DNA from: a bacterium
GTDB taxonomy: Bacteria > UBA9089 > UBA9088
DNA length: 44,560 bases
Direction: 5' to 3'
NCBI GenBank assembly: GCA_040753555.1
Contig: JBFMDZ010000004.1
Span: 1-44,560, forward strand
The position numbers and the translations under genes were made by a program. Under the pieces are notes generated by a model. The model did no database searches and was not told the DNA's origin. It worked only from the letters and a program-made list of their open reading frames with translations. Numbering within the stretch: position 1 is the first letter of the stretch; every line of letters starts with the position of its first letter. Below, piece after piece: positions 8,080 through 16,561 of this stretch.

Positions 8080-8191
8080 AAAACAGGTAGGAGATTATAC
8101 TATTGATTTATAAGGCAAAACTTAAAAAACCTGAGTAGTTACAAGAGTAGAAAATTGGCTTTGAAGAGGTTTGGGAAGAAGAATGAAATTC

Positions 8192-8255
8192 AAAACTTCT
8201 AAACTTCAGAAATTAGGAACTTCATAACTTCCAAACTTTGGAAATTAAGAACTTC
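8192..8255. repeat. Degenerate 8-mer array (RRAACTTC type), 8 units, same orientation as 6989-7036
   Basis: AAAACTTC TAAACTTC AGAAATTA GGAACTTC ATAACTTC CAAACTTT GGAAATTA AGAACTTC. Confidence 0.75.
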
Positions 8256-8832
8256 AGGATTTGTAAATGCCCTTTTCTTGGATATACCTTTCTACGCTAT
8301 CTGGAATAAAATATTTTATAGAAAGCCCCTTTTTTATCCTCTCCCTTATAAGGCTTGATGAAACAGCCAATGTTGGAAATTCAATCAATTCTATTTTGCA
8401 TTTTGCATTGAGCATTGAGCATTGAGCAAATCCTTCTCTTGTTACCGCCACAAATCTTATCATTTCAAAAAGCCCTTTTACATCCTTCCACTTACAAAGC
8501 TCGGGGATTGTATCTGTGCCTATGATAAAATAATAATCGTTTTTATCGCCATAAATAGATTTTATCTCCCTAATTGTATCTATTGTATATGAATATCCCC
8601 TTTTTTTAATTTCAAGGTTCACTGGAATAAATGATTTATTATTCTTTAAGGATAACTTTAACATCTTAAATCTATCTTTTGAATTTGCAATTGGTTTTGG
8701 TTTATGTGGAGGAATGCCTGATGGAACAAACAAAACCATTTCAAGTTTAAGTTTTTCTTTAACTATTTCTGCGGCTTGGAGATGGCCAAAATGGACAGGG
8801 TCAAATACACCACCCATTATTCCAATGTTCAT
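8254..8832 (-). CDS. nadD: Nicotinate-nucleotide adenylyltransferase
   Basis: GGVFDPVHFGHL, SYTIDTI, FIIGTD and VSSSLIRERI. Confidence 0.95.
   Translation of the reverse strand: MNIGIMGGVFDPVHFGHLQAAEIVKEKLKLEMVLFVPSGIPPHKPKPIANSKDRFKMLKLSLKNNKSFIPVNLEIKKRGYSYTIDTIREIKSIYGDKNDYYFIIGTDTIPELCKWKDVKGLFEMIRFVAVTREGFAQCSMLNAKCKIELIEFPTLAVSSSLIRERIKKGLSIKYFIPDSVERYIQEKGIYKS
8394..8428. repeat. Five-unit 7-mer array inside nadD (TTTTGCA x2, TTGAGCA x3)
   Basis: Encodes AQCSMLNAKCK in the loop after VTREG. Confidence 0.8.
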
Positions 8833-8836
8833 AATT

Positions 8837-9421
8837 TTATCCCTCTATTCCAGCTTCCTCCAGACTTTTCTTCAACAAATGCTTTAAATTCAATTTATCT
8901 GCCCAACAGAGAAGATATTTCATATCCAATCGCCTCCCTTGCACCTTCAATACCCCTAATACATCACTCCACTGTCTATCCGATACCTCGCCACCCATTT
9001 TATACCATTGCAATTTACTTAAGATAGTATCTTCAGGTGTAGAGATATAGGCAGTTTGTTCGGGATTGCGGATTACTATCTCTTTGTATCGTCGCCTAAG
9101 TTGTTCTTGGGTATAAGGATGACAATCAAAGACAAAAATATCTATCTTAAACATCCATTCTAAGTAGATAAGATTAAATGAGCTTTTCCTTTTAATCGCT
9201 TCTTTTATCATCTCTTCATCAATATAAAATTCATCTTGAAGTGCTTCTTTTAATGGGAGAATATGCTCCATCTTTAAATCAGCCACTATATCAACATCAT
9301 TGGTTGCACGAACCACACCATATATTGCACTTGCCAAAGAGCCACCAATAAAATATGGGATATCCAATTTCTCAAAGAATGAGACAAGTTTTAACGCAAC
9401 AAATGTCGGCTCTAATAGCAT
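8837..9421 (-). CDS. Nucleotidyltransferase-fold toxin-like protein (MenT1/Rv0078A-like)
   Basis: IGGSLAS..YG..RATNDVDIV (GG/GS plus DxD), EDTILSKL and QWSDV. Confidence 0.7.
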   Translation of the reverse strand: MLLEPTFVALKLVSFFEKLDIPYFIGGSLASAIYGVVRATNDVDIVADLKMEHILPLKEALQDEFYIDEEMIKEAIKRKSSFNLIYLEWMFKIDIFVFDCHPYTQEQLRRRYKEIVIRNPEQTAYISTPEDTILSKLQWYKMGGEVSDRQWSDVLGVLKVQGRRLDMKYLLCWADKLNLKHLLKKSLEEAGIEG

Positions 9422-9681
9422 TAATAACCCTCCTTTTCAGGATCCCAGTTATAGGCACGAATGACTATTTCTCGAGGAAGCACTAATGCTGCCAGCCGTT
9501 TTTTAAGCTCATCATCATTTGCTTCAGGATACCGTCTTCTAAGACCAATTAACGCCAATTCTCGACAGGCAGTGGTTATTTGACTAACCATTTCTATTTT
9601 TCGCCAGGCAGGTGCCTTTCGCAATAATTCAATTAATACCTTTTCTGCCTCAGGTTGTGTATCGGGTGAGAGTGTTTTCAT
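9421..9681 (-). CDS. Small helical antitoxin-like protein (MenA1/Rv0078B-like)
   Basis: 86 aa with LRRRYPEANDDELKKRL. The stop codon overlaps the NTase ATG. Confidence 0.6.
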   Translation of the reverse strand: MKTLSPDTQPEAEKVLIELLRKAPAWRKIEMVSQITTACRELALIGLRRRYPEANDDELKKRLAALVLPREIVIRAYNWDPEKEGY

Positions 9682-9705
9682 TTGACTTCATTCTGCCAAA
9701 AAATT

Positions 9706-10935
9706 TTATTTTCTAATCTGACCCTCTCCAAAAATGATAAACTTTGAAGATGTAAGCTCTTTTAGCCCCATTGGACCCCTGGCATGGAGCTTCTGGGTTG
9801 ATGTGCCGATTTCAGCCCCTAAGCCAAATTCAAACCCATCTGTGAACCTGGTTGAAACATTTACATAGACACTAGCAGAATCAATTTCTTTAAGAAATCT
9901 TAAAGTTTTACTATAAGAATTTGTTATAATGGAGTCAGAATGATGCGAGCCATAATGGTTTATATGAAATATTGCCTCATCCAGAGAGGAAACGACTTTT
10001 ATGGATAAAATAAGGCTTAAATATTCGGTTTTCCAATCATCCTCTGTTGTAGGAATAATATTTTGAACAATCTCCCCTACCCTTTCATCTCCCCTTATCT
10101 CACATCCTGCATCCTTCAATCTTTTTATTAAATTTGGTAGAATATCTCTTGCAATATCAGAGTGAACAAGCAATGTTTCCATTGCATTACAAACCCCTGG
10201 TCTTTGGACTTTGGCATTATAGGCAATCTCAGATGCCATATTTAGGTCTGCCTCATTATCAATATAGACATGGCATATCCCCTCTCCATGGCTAATAATA
10301 GGAACCTTTGCTCCTTCTCCAATTTCTTCAATAAGCCTTTTTCCTCCCCGCAATATTATGCAATCTATGTATTCTTTAAGGGATACTAACTCCTTAACGC
10401 CTCCCCTTTCTTCAATAAAACCTATGGCATCCTTTAAATCTCCCAAAGCATCCTTTATAAGATTGACAATAAATTTATTGGAATTTAAAGCCTCAGAGCC
10501 ACCTTTTAATATTACAGAATTAGAAGATTTAAAGCACAGAGAAAAGGCATCGGCTGTAACATTTGGCCTTGCCTCATAGATTATCCCAATTACACCTAAA
10601 GGGTGCCTCATTTTTCCAACCAGCATCCCATTTGGCCTTCTTGTCATATCATAGACCTCAAAAACAGGGTCAGGAAGCAAGGCAACAGCCCTAATTCCAG
10701 AAACCATATCCCCTACCCTTTTTTCATTAAGCAAAAGCCTATCTGTCAAGGCAGAAGATAGGCCTATCCCTTTTGCATAGCTTAAATCCTTCTCATTTTC
10801 TTTAAGCAAATCTTTTTCTTTTTCAGAAATTTTACTTGCTATTTTAAGGAGAATATCGTCTTTTTCCTTTGATGAAAGACTAAGGAGCCTATAAGAACAC
10901 TCCTTTGCCTTCTTTGCAATTTCTCTTGTTTCCAT
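9706..10935 (-). CDS. proA: Gamma-glutamyl phosphate reductase
   Basis: PLGVIGIIYEARPNVT, GVCNAMETLLVH, NVSTRFTDGFEFGLGAEIG and KLHARGPMGL. Confidence 0.97.
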   Translation of the reverse strand: METREIAKKAKECSYRLLSLSSKEKDDILLKIASKISEKEKDLLKENEKDLSYAKGIGLSSALTDRLLLNEKRVGDMVSGIRAVALLPDPVFEVYDMTRRPNGMLVGKMRHPLGVIGIIYEARPNVTADAFSLCFKSSNSVILKGGSEALNSNKFIVNLIKDALGDLKDAIGFIEERGGVKELVSLKEYIDCIILRGGKRLIEEIGEGAKVPIISHGEGICHVYIDNEADLNMASEIAYNAKVQRPGVCNAMETLLVHSDIARDILPNLIKRLKDAGCEIRGDERVGEIVQNIIPTTEDDWKTEYLSLILSIKVVSSLDEAIFHINHYGSHHSDSIITNSYSKTLRFLKEIDSASVYVNVSTRFTDGFEFGLGAEIGTSTQKLHARGPMGLKELTSSKFIIFGEGQIRK

Positions 10936-10942
10936 AAAAGGA

Positions 10943-10971
10943 AGTATAAATTAAAGTGGATTTTTTGTAAA
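10943..10971 (-). promoter_or_regulatory. Candidate proA promoter TTTACA-17-TATACT, 7 nt before the ATG
   Basis: Hexamers and spacing read directly; no SD. Confidence 0.6.
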
Positions 10972-10985
10972 GGATTTTTTATACT
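10957..10985 (+). promoter_or_regulatory. Candidate divergent promoter TGGATT-17-TATACT, 7 nt before the ATG at 10993
   Basis: Mirror arrangement of the proA promoter, overlapping it. Confidence 0.5.
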
Positions 10986-10992
10986 ATTTAAA

Positions 10993-12153
10993 ATGAAAAC
11001 ATTATGTGGTATTTTCATTTTGGGATTGGCTTTAAGGCTTTTGTTTCTTTCTTTCTTTCCAGATTTAAAGGCAGTAGATTCAGGTGGATATGATGAAATA
11101 GGTTTAAACATTGCTCAACATATGAGCTTTCATTCTGGTGGAAAACCAACACCACACAGGGAACCAATCTATCCATTATTTCTATCCATAATTTACCTTA
11201 TATTTGGACATAGCCTTTTAGCGGTAAAAATTGCCCAGGCAATTCTTGGAAGCCTAACCGCTATTATGGTTTATTTTATAGGAAAGAAGGTTTTTGGAAG
11301 AAATTGTGGAATTTTGGCATCTCTTTTCTGTGCTTTATATCCCCATTTTATTACTACAACGGGTTTTATCCTTACAGAGACACTCTTTATATTTCTCCTT
11401 TCTATATCAATCTTGTTTATAATGAAGGGTGTAGAAAAGAGAAAATTTTTAATTTTAGCAGGAATATTCCTTGGGCTTACAACACTCACAAGGAGCATAA
11501 CCATTCTTTCTCCCCTTTTCTTTTTAATCTCTTTTTTATTCATTAAAAAAAGAAAGGAGGCGATCCTAGACTTTTTTCTTCTTTCTTTCTTTATGGGTAT
11601 TACAATAATTCCTTGGACAATCAGAAATTATATAAGGTTTCATACCTTTGTTCCTGTTGCAACAGGTGTAGGACTTAGTTTTTGGCCAGGTACATATCTT
11701 CCCTGGGATGGAGATTGGAGGTATTGGGATCCTAAAGATTTGGAGAAGATAACATCTTCTTGCTCTTCAACTATTGAAGTAGATAAAAAATTATGCAAGG
11801 AAGCATTTAAAAACATAAGAGAAAATCCATTGGGTTATATTAAATTATGGCCAAAAAAGCTATATAGATTATGGTTTTGGATTCCTGGTGGAAAGGAGGT
11901 TTTAAGGCCATATCCAAAGATAAAGGTATTTCTTGCCATAGTTCAATATTTAGTTATTTTTTTTGGATTATTAGGAATTATTATTGGATGGGAAAGATGG
12001 AAAATTTTTCTTCCCCTTCTTACCATTATTATATATATTTCTTTTCTGCATACCCTATTTTTTCTTGCAATTCCAAGGTATAATCTACCCATAATGCCTC
12101 ATCTTTTGGTATTTTCTGCAAGGGCGGTTATTAAGATTTTAAAATTAAAATGA
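10993..12153 (+). CDS. GT-C (ArnT/PMT-like, family 39/83) polytopic glycosyltransferase
   Basis: DSGGYD, REPIYPLFL, ILTETLF, WTIRNY and PRYNLPI, with many TM helices. Confidence 0.85.
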   Translation: MKTLCGIFILGLALRLLFLSFFPDLKAVDSGGYDEIGLNIAQHMSFHSGGKPTPHREPIYPLFLSIIYLIFGHSLLAVKIAQAILGSLTAIMVYFIGKKVFGRNCGILASLFCALYPHFITTTGFILTETLFIFLLSISILFIMKGVEKRKFLILAGIFLGLTTLTRSITILSPLFFLISFLFIKKRKEAILDFFLLSFFMGITIIPWTIRNYIRFHTFVPVATGVGLSFWPGTYLPWDGDWRYWDPKDLEKITSSCSSTIEVDKKLCKEAFKNIRENPLGYIKLWPKKLYRLWFWIPGGKEVLRPYPKIKVFLAIVQYLVIFFGLLGIIIGWERWKIFLPLLTIIIYISFLHTLFFLAIPRYNLPIMPHLLVFSARAVIKILKLK

Positions 12154-12833
12154 AGCTACTATCTGTTATTATGCCTGTTTATAATGAGAAGGATACAATA
12201 GAGGAGATAATAAAAAAAATAGAGGCAATAAATCTTCCTAAAGAAATCATTATCATTGATGATTATTCAAGTGATGGAACAAGGGAGATTATAGAACAAA
12301 GGATAAACCAGAAGAATGTTATTAAGCTTTTTCATTCAGAAAATAGAGGCAAAGGCTCTGCAATAAGAACAGGCTTGGAAAAGGCATCTGGAGATATAAT
12401 TATCATCCAGGATGCTGACTTAGAATATGACCCAGAAGACTACTATAAATTAGTTAAGCCTATTATGGAAGGAAAGGTAGATGTTGTTTATGGCTCTCGT
12501 GTTTTGGGGAAGGGTAAATTTTCTTATCTAAGATATGCCTTGGGAGGTAAATTTCTTTCCTTACTTACAAACATCCTTTATGGCTCACATATTACAGACG
12601 AACCAACCTGTTATAAGGTATTTAAGACAGATGTAATAAAATCCTTAAATTTAAAATGTAAGAAATTTGAATTTTGTCCTGAGGTTACAGCCAAGGTTTT
12701 AAAAAAGGGCTATGAGATTTTAGAGCTTCCAATATCCTATTTTCCCAGAAAAATAGAGGAGGGAAAGAAAATAAATTGGAAGGATGGAGTAGAGGCTATT
12801 TGGACACTTGTAAAATATAGATTTTGGGATTAG
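12150..12833 (+). CDS. GT2 polyprenol-phosphate sugar synthase (DPM1-like)
   Basis: SVIMPVYNE, IDDYSSDGT, NRGKGSA, IQDADLEYDP and ITDEPTCYK. Confidence 0.93.
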   Translation: MKLLSVIMPVYNEKDTIEEIIKKIEAINLPKEIIIIDDYSSDGTREIIEQRINQKNVIKLFHSENRGKGSAIRTGLEKASGDIIIIQDADLEYDPEDYYKLVKPIMEGKVDVVYGSRVLGKGKFSYLRYALGGKFLSLLTNILYGSHITDEPTCYKVFKTDVIKSLNLKCKKFEFCPEVTAKVLKKGYEILELPISYFPRKIEEGKKINWKDGVEAIWTLVKYRFWD

Positions 12834-12843
12834 TAAAATTTTA

Positions 12844-12872
12844 TTGACACGAGAAATTTTGGATGATATATT
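12844..12872 (+). promoter_or_regulatory. Candidate sigma70 promoter TTGACA-17-TATATT with extended TG, 10 nt before the ATG at 12883
   Basis: Perfect -35 hexamer and 17 nt spacer. Confidence 0.55.
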
Positions 12873-12882
12873 TTTTATCTTG

Positions 12883-13284
12883 ATGAAAAAAACAATTAGA
12901 GGATTTATTCAAGGAATGACGAAAGAAAAAGACAAAGATAGCTGTATGGCAGCTGTTTTTCTGTGCCTATTGATAAATCATTATTTAAAAGCTCACATTT
13001 TTTTCATTGTAGCTTTATTTTTCTTAATTGTTGGTATGGTCTATCCTCAAATACTTCGGCCCCTAACTATTTTATGGTTTGGATTATCCCATATTTTAAG
13101 CTTTATTGTCCCTAATATAATACTGACCATTGTTTTTTTTCTATTTGTTACACCATTAGGGTTTTTATCAAATTTTTTTAGGGGTGATATTTTAAAGATA
13201 AAACAATTTAAAAAGAATAATAATTCTATATTTAGAGAAAGAAACTATGTATTTTGTAAGGAGGATTTGGTTCACCCATTTTAA
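12883..13284 (+). CDS. SxtJ-family membrane protein
   Basis: PQILRPL..LWFGLS..L....ILTIVFFLFVTPLG. The start was moved to the ATG at 12883 because the ORF-track TTG is the -35 box. Confidence 0.8.
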   Translation: MKKTIRGFIQGMTKEKDKDSCMAAVFLCLLINHYLKAHIFFIVALFFLIVGMVYPQILRPLTILWFGLSHILSFIVPNIILTIVFFLFVTPLGFLSNFFRGDILKIKQFKKNNNSIFRERNYVFCKEDLVHPF

Positions 13285-13300
13285 GATATAGGAGGTAGAT

Positions 13301-13450
13301 ATGGATTTTTTACGAGATTTTTTTGGATTTCTAATGAAAAGAAAGAAATTTTGGTTATTGCCTACAATAATCATCCTTCTTTTACTAGGCATTCTTATTT
13401 TTATCTCTAGTGGCACTGCAATATCGCCATTTATATATACTCTATTTTAA
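13301..13450 (+). CDS. DUF5989/SxtK-like 49-aa membrane peptide (absent from the ORF track)
   Basis: MDFLRDFFGFLMKRKKFWLLPTIIILLLLGILIFISSGTAISPFIYTLF. GGAGG SD at 13291. The TAA overlaps the next ATG. Confidence 0.85.
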   Translation: MDFLRDFFGFLMKRKKFWLLPTIIILLLLGILIFISSGTAISPFIYTLF

Positions 13451-15321
13451 TGCAAGAAGAGAAAACAAAAAGAAATGCTATTTTAGGTATATCTGCCTAT
13501 TATCATGATAGCGCCGCAGCACTAGTAATAGATGGTGAAATTTTTGCAGCCTCACAAGAAGAGCGATTTAGCCGAAAAAAATACGACCCATCTTTTCCCA
13601 TTCATTCAATTAGATTTGTCTTGAATGAATCAGGCATTGAATTAAAAGACCTATCTTGCGTTGTATTTTATGATAAGCCATACATAAAATTTGAGCGTTT
13701 GCTAGAGACCTATTATGCTTTTTCTCCAAAGGGCTTAAAAAGCTTTTTAATGGCAATCCCTGTTTGGATTAAAGAAAAGCTATTCTTAAAAAATATTATT
13801 TTAAAAGAGCTTTCAAAAATTGGTTCTGGTAAACCAAAATTGTTGTTTTCAGAGCACCATTTTTCACATGCAGCATCTGCATTTTATCCATCCCCTTTTG
13901 AAAAAGCAGCTATCTTAACAATAGATGGTGTAGGAGAATGGGCTACAGCGACCATTGGATATGGTGAGGGAAATAAAATAACAATTTTTAAAGAGCTAGA
14001 TTTTCCCCACTCAATAGGGCTGTTATATTCAGCCTTTACTTATTATTGTGGATTCAGGGTAAATAGTGGCGAATACAAGCTAATGGGGCTTGCACCCTAT
14101 GGAGATAAAAATTCCGAAGAGACAAAGAGATTTAGAAAAATTATTACAGATGAATTGGTTGATATTAAAGAAGATGGTTCAATTTTATTAAATATGAAAT
14201 ACTTTGAGTATGCAACGGGATTGACAATGTGTAAGGATTCTCTTTGGTTTAAACTTTTTGGAATTAAAAGAAGAGAACCAGAATCTGAACTAACCCAACC
14301 CTATATGAATTTGGCATTAGCAGCCCAACAGGTTCTTGAGGAAATCGTCCTTAAACTTGCAAAAACAGCTAAGGCAATTACAAAATGTGAAAATTTAGTA
14401 ATGGCTGGCGGCGTTGCACTAAATTGTGTTGCAAATGGTAAAATTATTCAGGAACATCTATTTGATGACTTGTGGATTCAACCTGCAGCAGGTGATGCTG
14501 GAGGTGCTTTAGGCGCTGCCTTGGGTATTTGGTTTTTATACTATAACAACGAAAGAAAGATTCCTCTTAAAGATCAAATGAAAGGAGCTTTTTTAGGGCC
14601 TGAATATGATGAGAATGATATTAAGTATGTCATCAATAAATATCAATCTTCCTGTACCCATTTTGAAGATTTTGGAAAATTATGCGACGAGGTTTGTAGG
14701 TTAATTTCAGAGAAAAAGGTAGTTGGATGGTTTCAAGGAAGGATGGAGTTTGGACCTCGTGCACTTGGAAACAGAAGTGTCCTGGCAGACCCTCGCTCTC
14801 CTGATATGCAGAAAAGATTGAATTTAAAGATTAAATATAGAGAAGGATTCAGACCCTTTGCTCCCTCTGTGCTTGAAGAAGATGTAAAAGAATATTTTAA
14901 GCTAGAAAAAATATCTCCATATATGCTTCTTGTAGCCCCTGTTAAAGAAGAAAGAAGAAATAAGCTACCAGAAGATTTTGAAAAAAGAGGTTTATATGAA
15001 AGGCTATATTTTTTAAGGTCTGATATTCCCTGTGTAACGCACTTAGATTATTCCGCACGGATTCAGAGTGTATCTAAAAATACAAATCCAAGATTTTGGC
15101 AACTACTTAATACATTTAAACAACAATCAGGCTATGGATTATTGGTTAATACAAGCTTTAATGTTAGAGGAGAACCCGTTGTATGCACACCCGAGGATGC
15201 CTATAGATGCTTTATGCGAACCGAAATGGATGGCCTTGTTATCAATAATTACCTTTTTCTTAAAAATGATCAGCCAATTTTTATAGATAAAGGCTGGAAA
15301 AAGGAGTTTGCATTAGATTAG
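13450..15321 (+). CDS. O-carbamoyltransferase (NodU/CmcH/TobZ family, SxtI-like)
   Basis: AYYHDSAA, EHHFSHAAS, TIDGVGE, GEYKLMGLAPY, AGDAGGA, FGPRALGNRS and NTSFNVRGEP. Confidence 0.95.
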   Translation: MQEEKTKRNAILGISAYYHDSAAALVIDGEIFAASQEERFSRKKYDPSFPIHSIRFVLNESGIELKDLSCVVFYDKPYIKFERLLETYYAFSPKGLKSFLMAIPVWIKEKLFLKNIILKELSKIGSGKPKLLFSEHHFSHAASAFYPSPFEKAAILTIDGVGEWATATIGYGEGNKITIFKELDFPHSIGLLYSAFTYYCGFRVNSGEYKLMGLAPYGDKNSEETKRFRKIITDELVDIKEDGSILLNMKYFEYATGLTMCKDSLWFKLFGIKRREPESELTQPYMNLALAAQQVLEEIVLKLAKTAKAITKCENLVMAGGVALNCVANGKIIQEHLFDDLWIQPAAGDAGGALGAALGIWFLYYNNERKIPLKDQMKGAFLGPEYDENDIKYVINKYQSSCTHFEDFGKLCDEVCRLISEKKVVGWFQGRMEFGPRALGNRSVLADPRSPDMQKRLNLKIKYREGFRPFAPSVLEEDVKEYFKLEKISPYMLLVAPVKEERRNKLPEDFEKRGLYERLYFLRSDIPCVTHLDYSARIQSVSKNTNPRFWQLLNTFKQQSGYGLLVNTSFNVRGEPVVCTPEDAYRCFMRTEMDGLVINNYLFLKNDQPIFIDKGWKKEFALD

Positions 15322-15323
15322 AG

Positions 15324-16511
15324 ATGATAAAAAAAGAAACAATTTATATTCTTTTTATGTTTATATTTTTAATAATACTAACAGAATTTTTATCCCTTTT
15401 TTATCTTAAAACAATGGATATGACAAAGGGCGATATTAGCACAAGGCATTTATATCATCCCTATCGTGGCCATCAATTAAATCCTGAATATTCAAGAAAA
15501 TGGGATACTAATGGTCAAAAAATTCATTCTATTGATGGATTTAGAAATAATCATCCAATTTCAAAGATAAGGAAAGCAAATACATTTAGGATAATTATGA
15601 TGGGGGCATCGGCTTTATATGGTATAGGTGTTCAAAAAGCAGATTTTTATCCAAAATGTAGGGGATTGCTAAACAACGAAACCATAAATTATTTTTTAGA
15701 AAATATACTTAATGAAGAGCTAAAGAAGAAAAATATTAACTTAAAGGTAGAGGTTATCAATGCAGCTGTAACAGGCTATCAGACCTTTCAGCATCTAATT
15801 TATTTTAATGAATGTTTATATGAATATTCTCCAGATATGGTCATTTTCTTTGATGGCCATAATGATTTTTATAATACCAAGAAACTTAATCATTTTCAGG
15901 ATTATAGTTATTCCTCTGTTTATCTTATCCCAGGTTTTAATAACAGGGGATTATTATTTACATTATATACAACAAGCAGGTATTTAAGCAAATTTAGCTA
16001 TTTTTTTAAGGTAGTTGAAAAGGTTGTTGAAAAAATTTGGGAGAGAAAGGAGGTTGTAAAATATTCATCCTCTAAAAGCCCTGTTTTGGTTTCAAAAAAA
16101 GAGGAGGAATTCCCAAATAACTATAAAGATATTGCAAGGGATACATTTTTACGCGCATATCTTCAATTTCAATGTTTATCAAAACTTTATAATTTTGACA
16201 TAATGGTTTTTCTTCAGCCAGAGGTAATTCTTGAGAATGATAACTATTTAAGCAAAGAAGATGCTTTAAGAAAAGAAATTACCTTAAAACAAGGCTTCTC
16301 TTTAAGAATAGAAAATATAAAAATAATTAGACAATTACTACCCGATATTTTTAAGAAATATAGTATAGATTTTTATGATATTTCTACCATTGGGTCAGTT
16401 GAGACTAAAAAACAGCATTTATATATGGACTATTGCCATTTAACACCTATTGGTTCAAAGCGTGTTGCTGAATTGATGGCTCCTATAATTTTGTCAAAAT
16501 TAAAAAAATAG
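15324..16511 (+). CDS. Membrane-anchored SGNH/GDSL hydrolase-like protein
   Basis: N-terminal TM, block I MGASALYG, INAAVTGY, DGHND and DYCH. Confidence 0.75.
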   Translation: MIKKETIYILFMFIFLIILTEFLSLFYLKTMDMTKGDISTRHLYHPYRGHQLNPEYSRKWDTNGQKIHSIDGFRNNHPISKIRKANTFRIIMMGASALYGIGVQKADFYPKCRGLLNNETINYFLENILNEELKKKNINLKVEVINAAVTGYQTFQHLIYFNECLYEYSPDMVIFFDGHNDFYNTKKLNHFQDYSYSSVYLIPGFNNRGLLFTLYTTSRYLSKFSYFFKVVEKVVEKIWERKEVVKYSSSKSPVLVSKKEEEFPNNYKDIARDTFLRAYLQFQCLSKLYNFDIMVFLQPEVILENDNYLSKEDALRKEITLKQGFSLRIENIKIIRQLLPDIFKKYSIDFYDISTIGSVETKKQHLYMDYCHLTPIGSKRVAELMAPIILSKLKK

Positions 16512-16518
16512 AATTTTC

Positions 16519-16548
16519 TTGACAGAAAAGAATTTTGAATGATATTAT
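16519..16548 (+). promoter_or_regulatory. Candidate sigma70 promoter TTGACA-18-TATTAT with extended TG
   Basis: Perfect -35 hexamer; the -10 box lies 13 nt before the ATG at 16562. Confidence 0.5.
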
Positions 16549-16561
16549 TTTTTCTTAAAAA

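Noticed and set aside
6989-8255. CRISPR array suggested by the repeated units
   Set aside because: The units are 7-8 bp, tandem and spacer-less, and no cas genes are present. The same applies to all other micro-arrays.
12883-15321. Saxitoxin biosynthesis cluster (sxtI/J/K homologues)
   Set aside because: No sxtA PKS-like, amidinotransferase or other sxt genes are present. The trio is widespread outside toxin producers, and the neighbours point to glycan modification.
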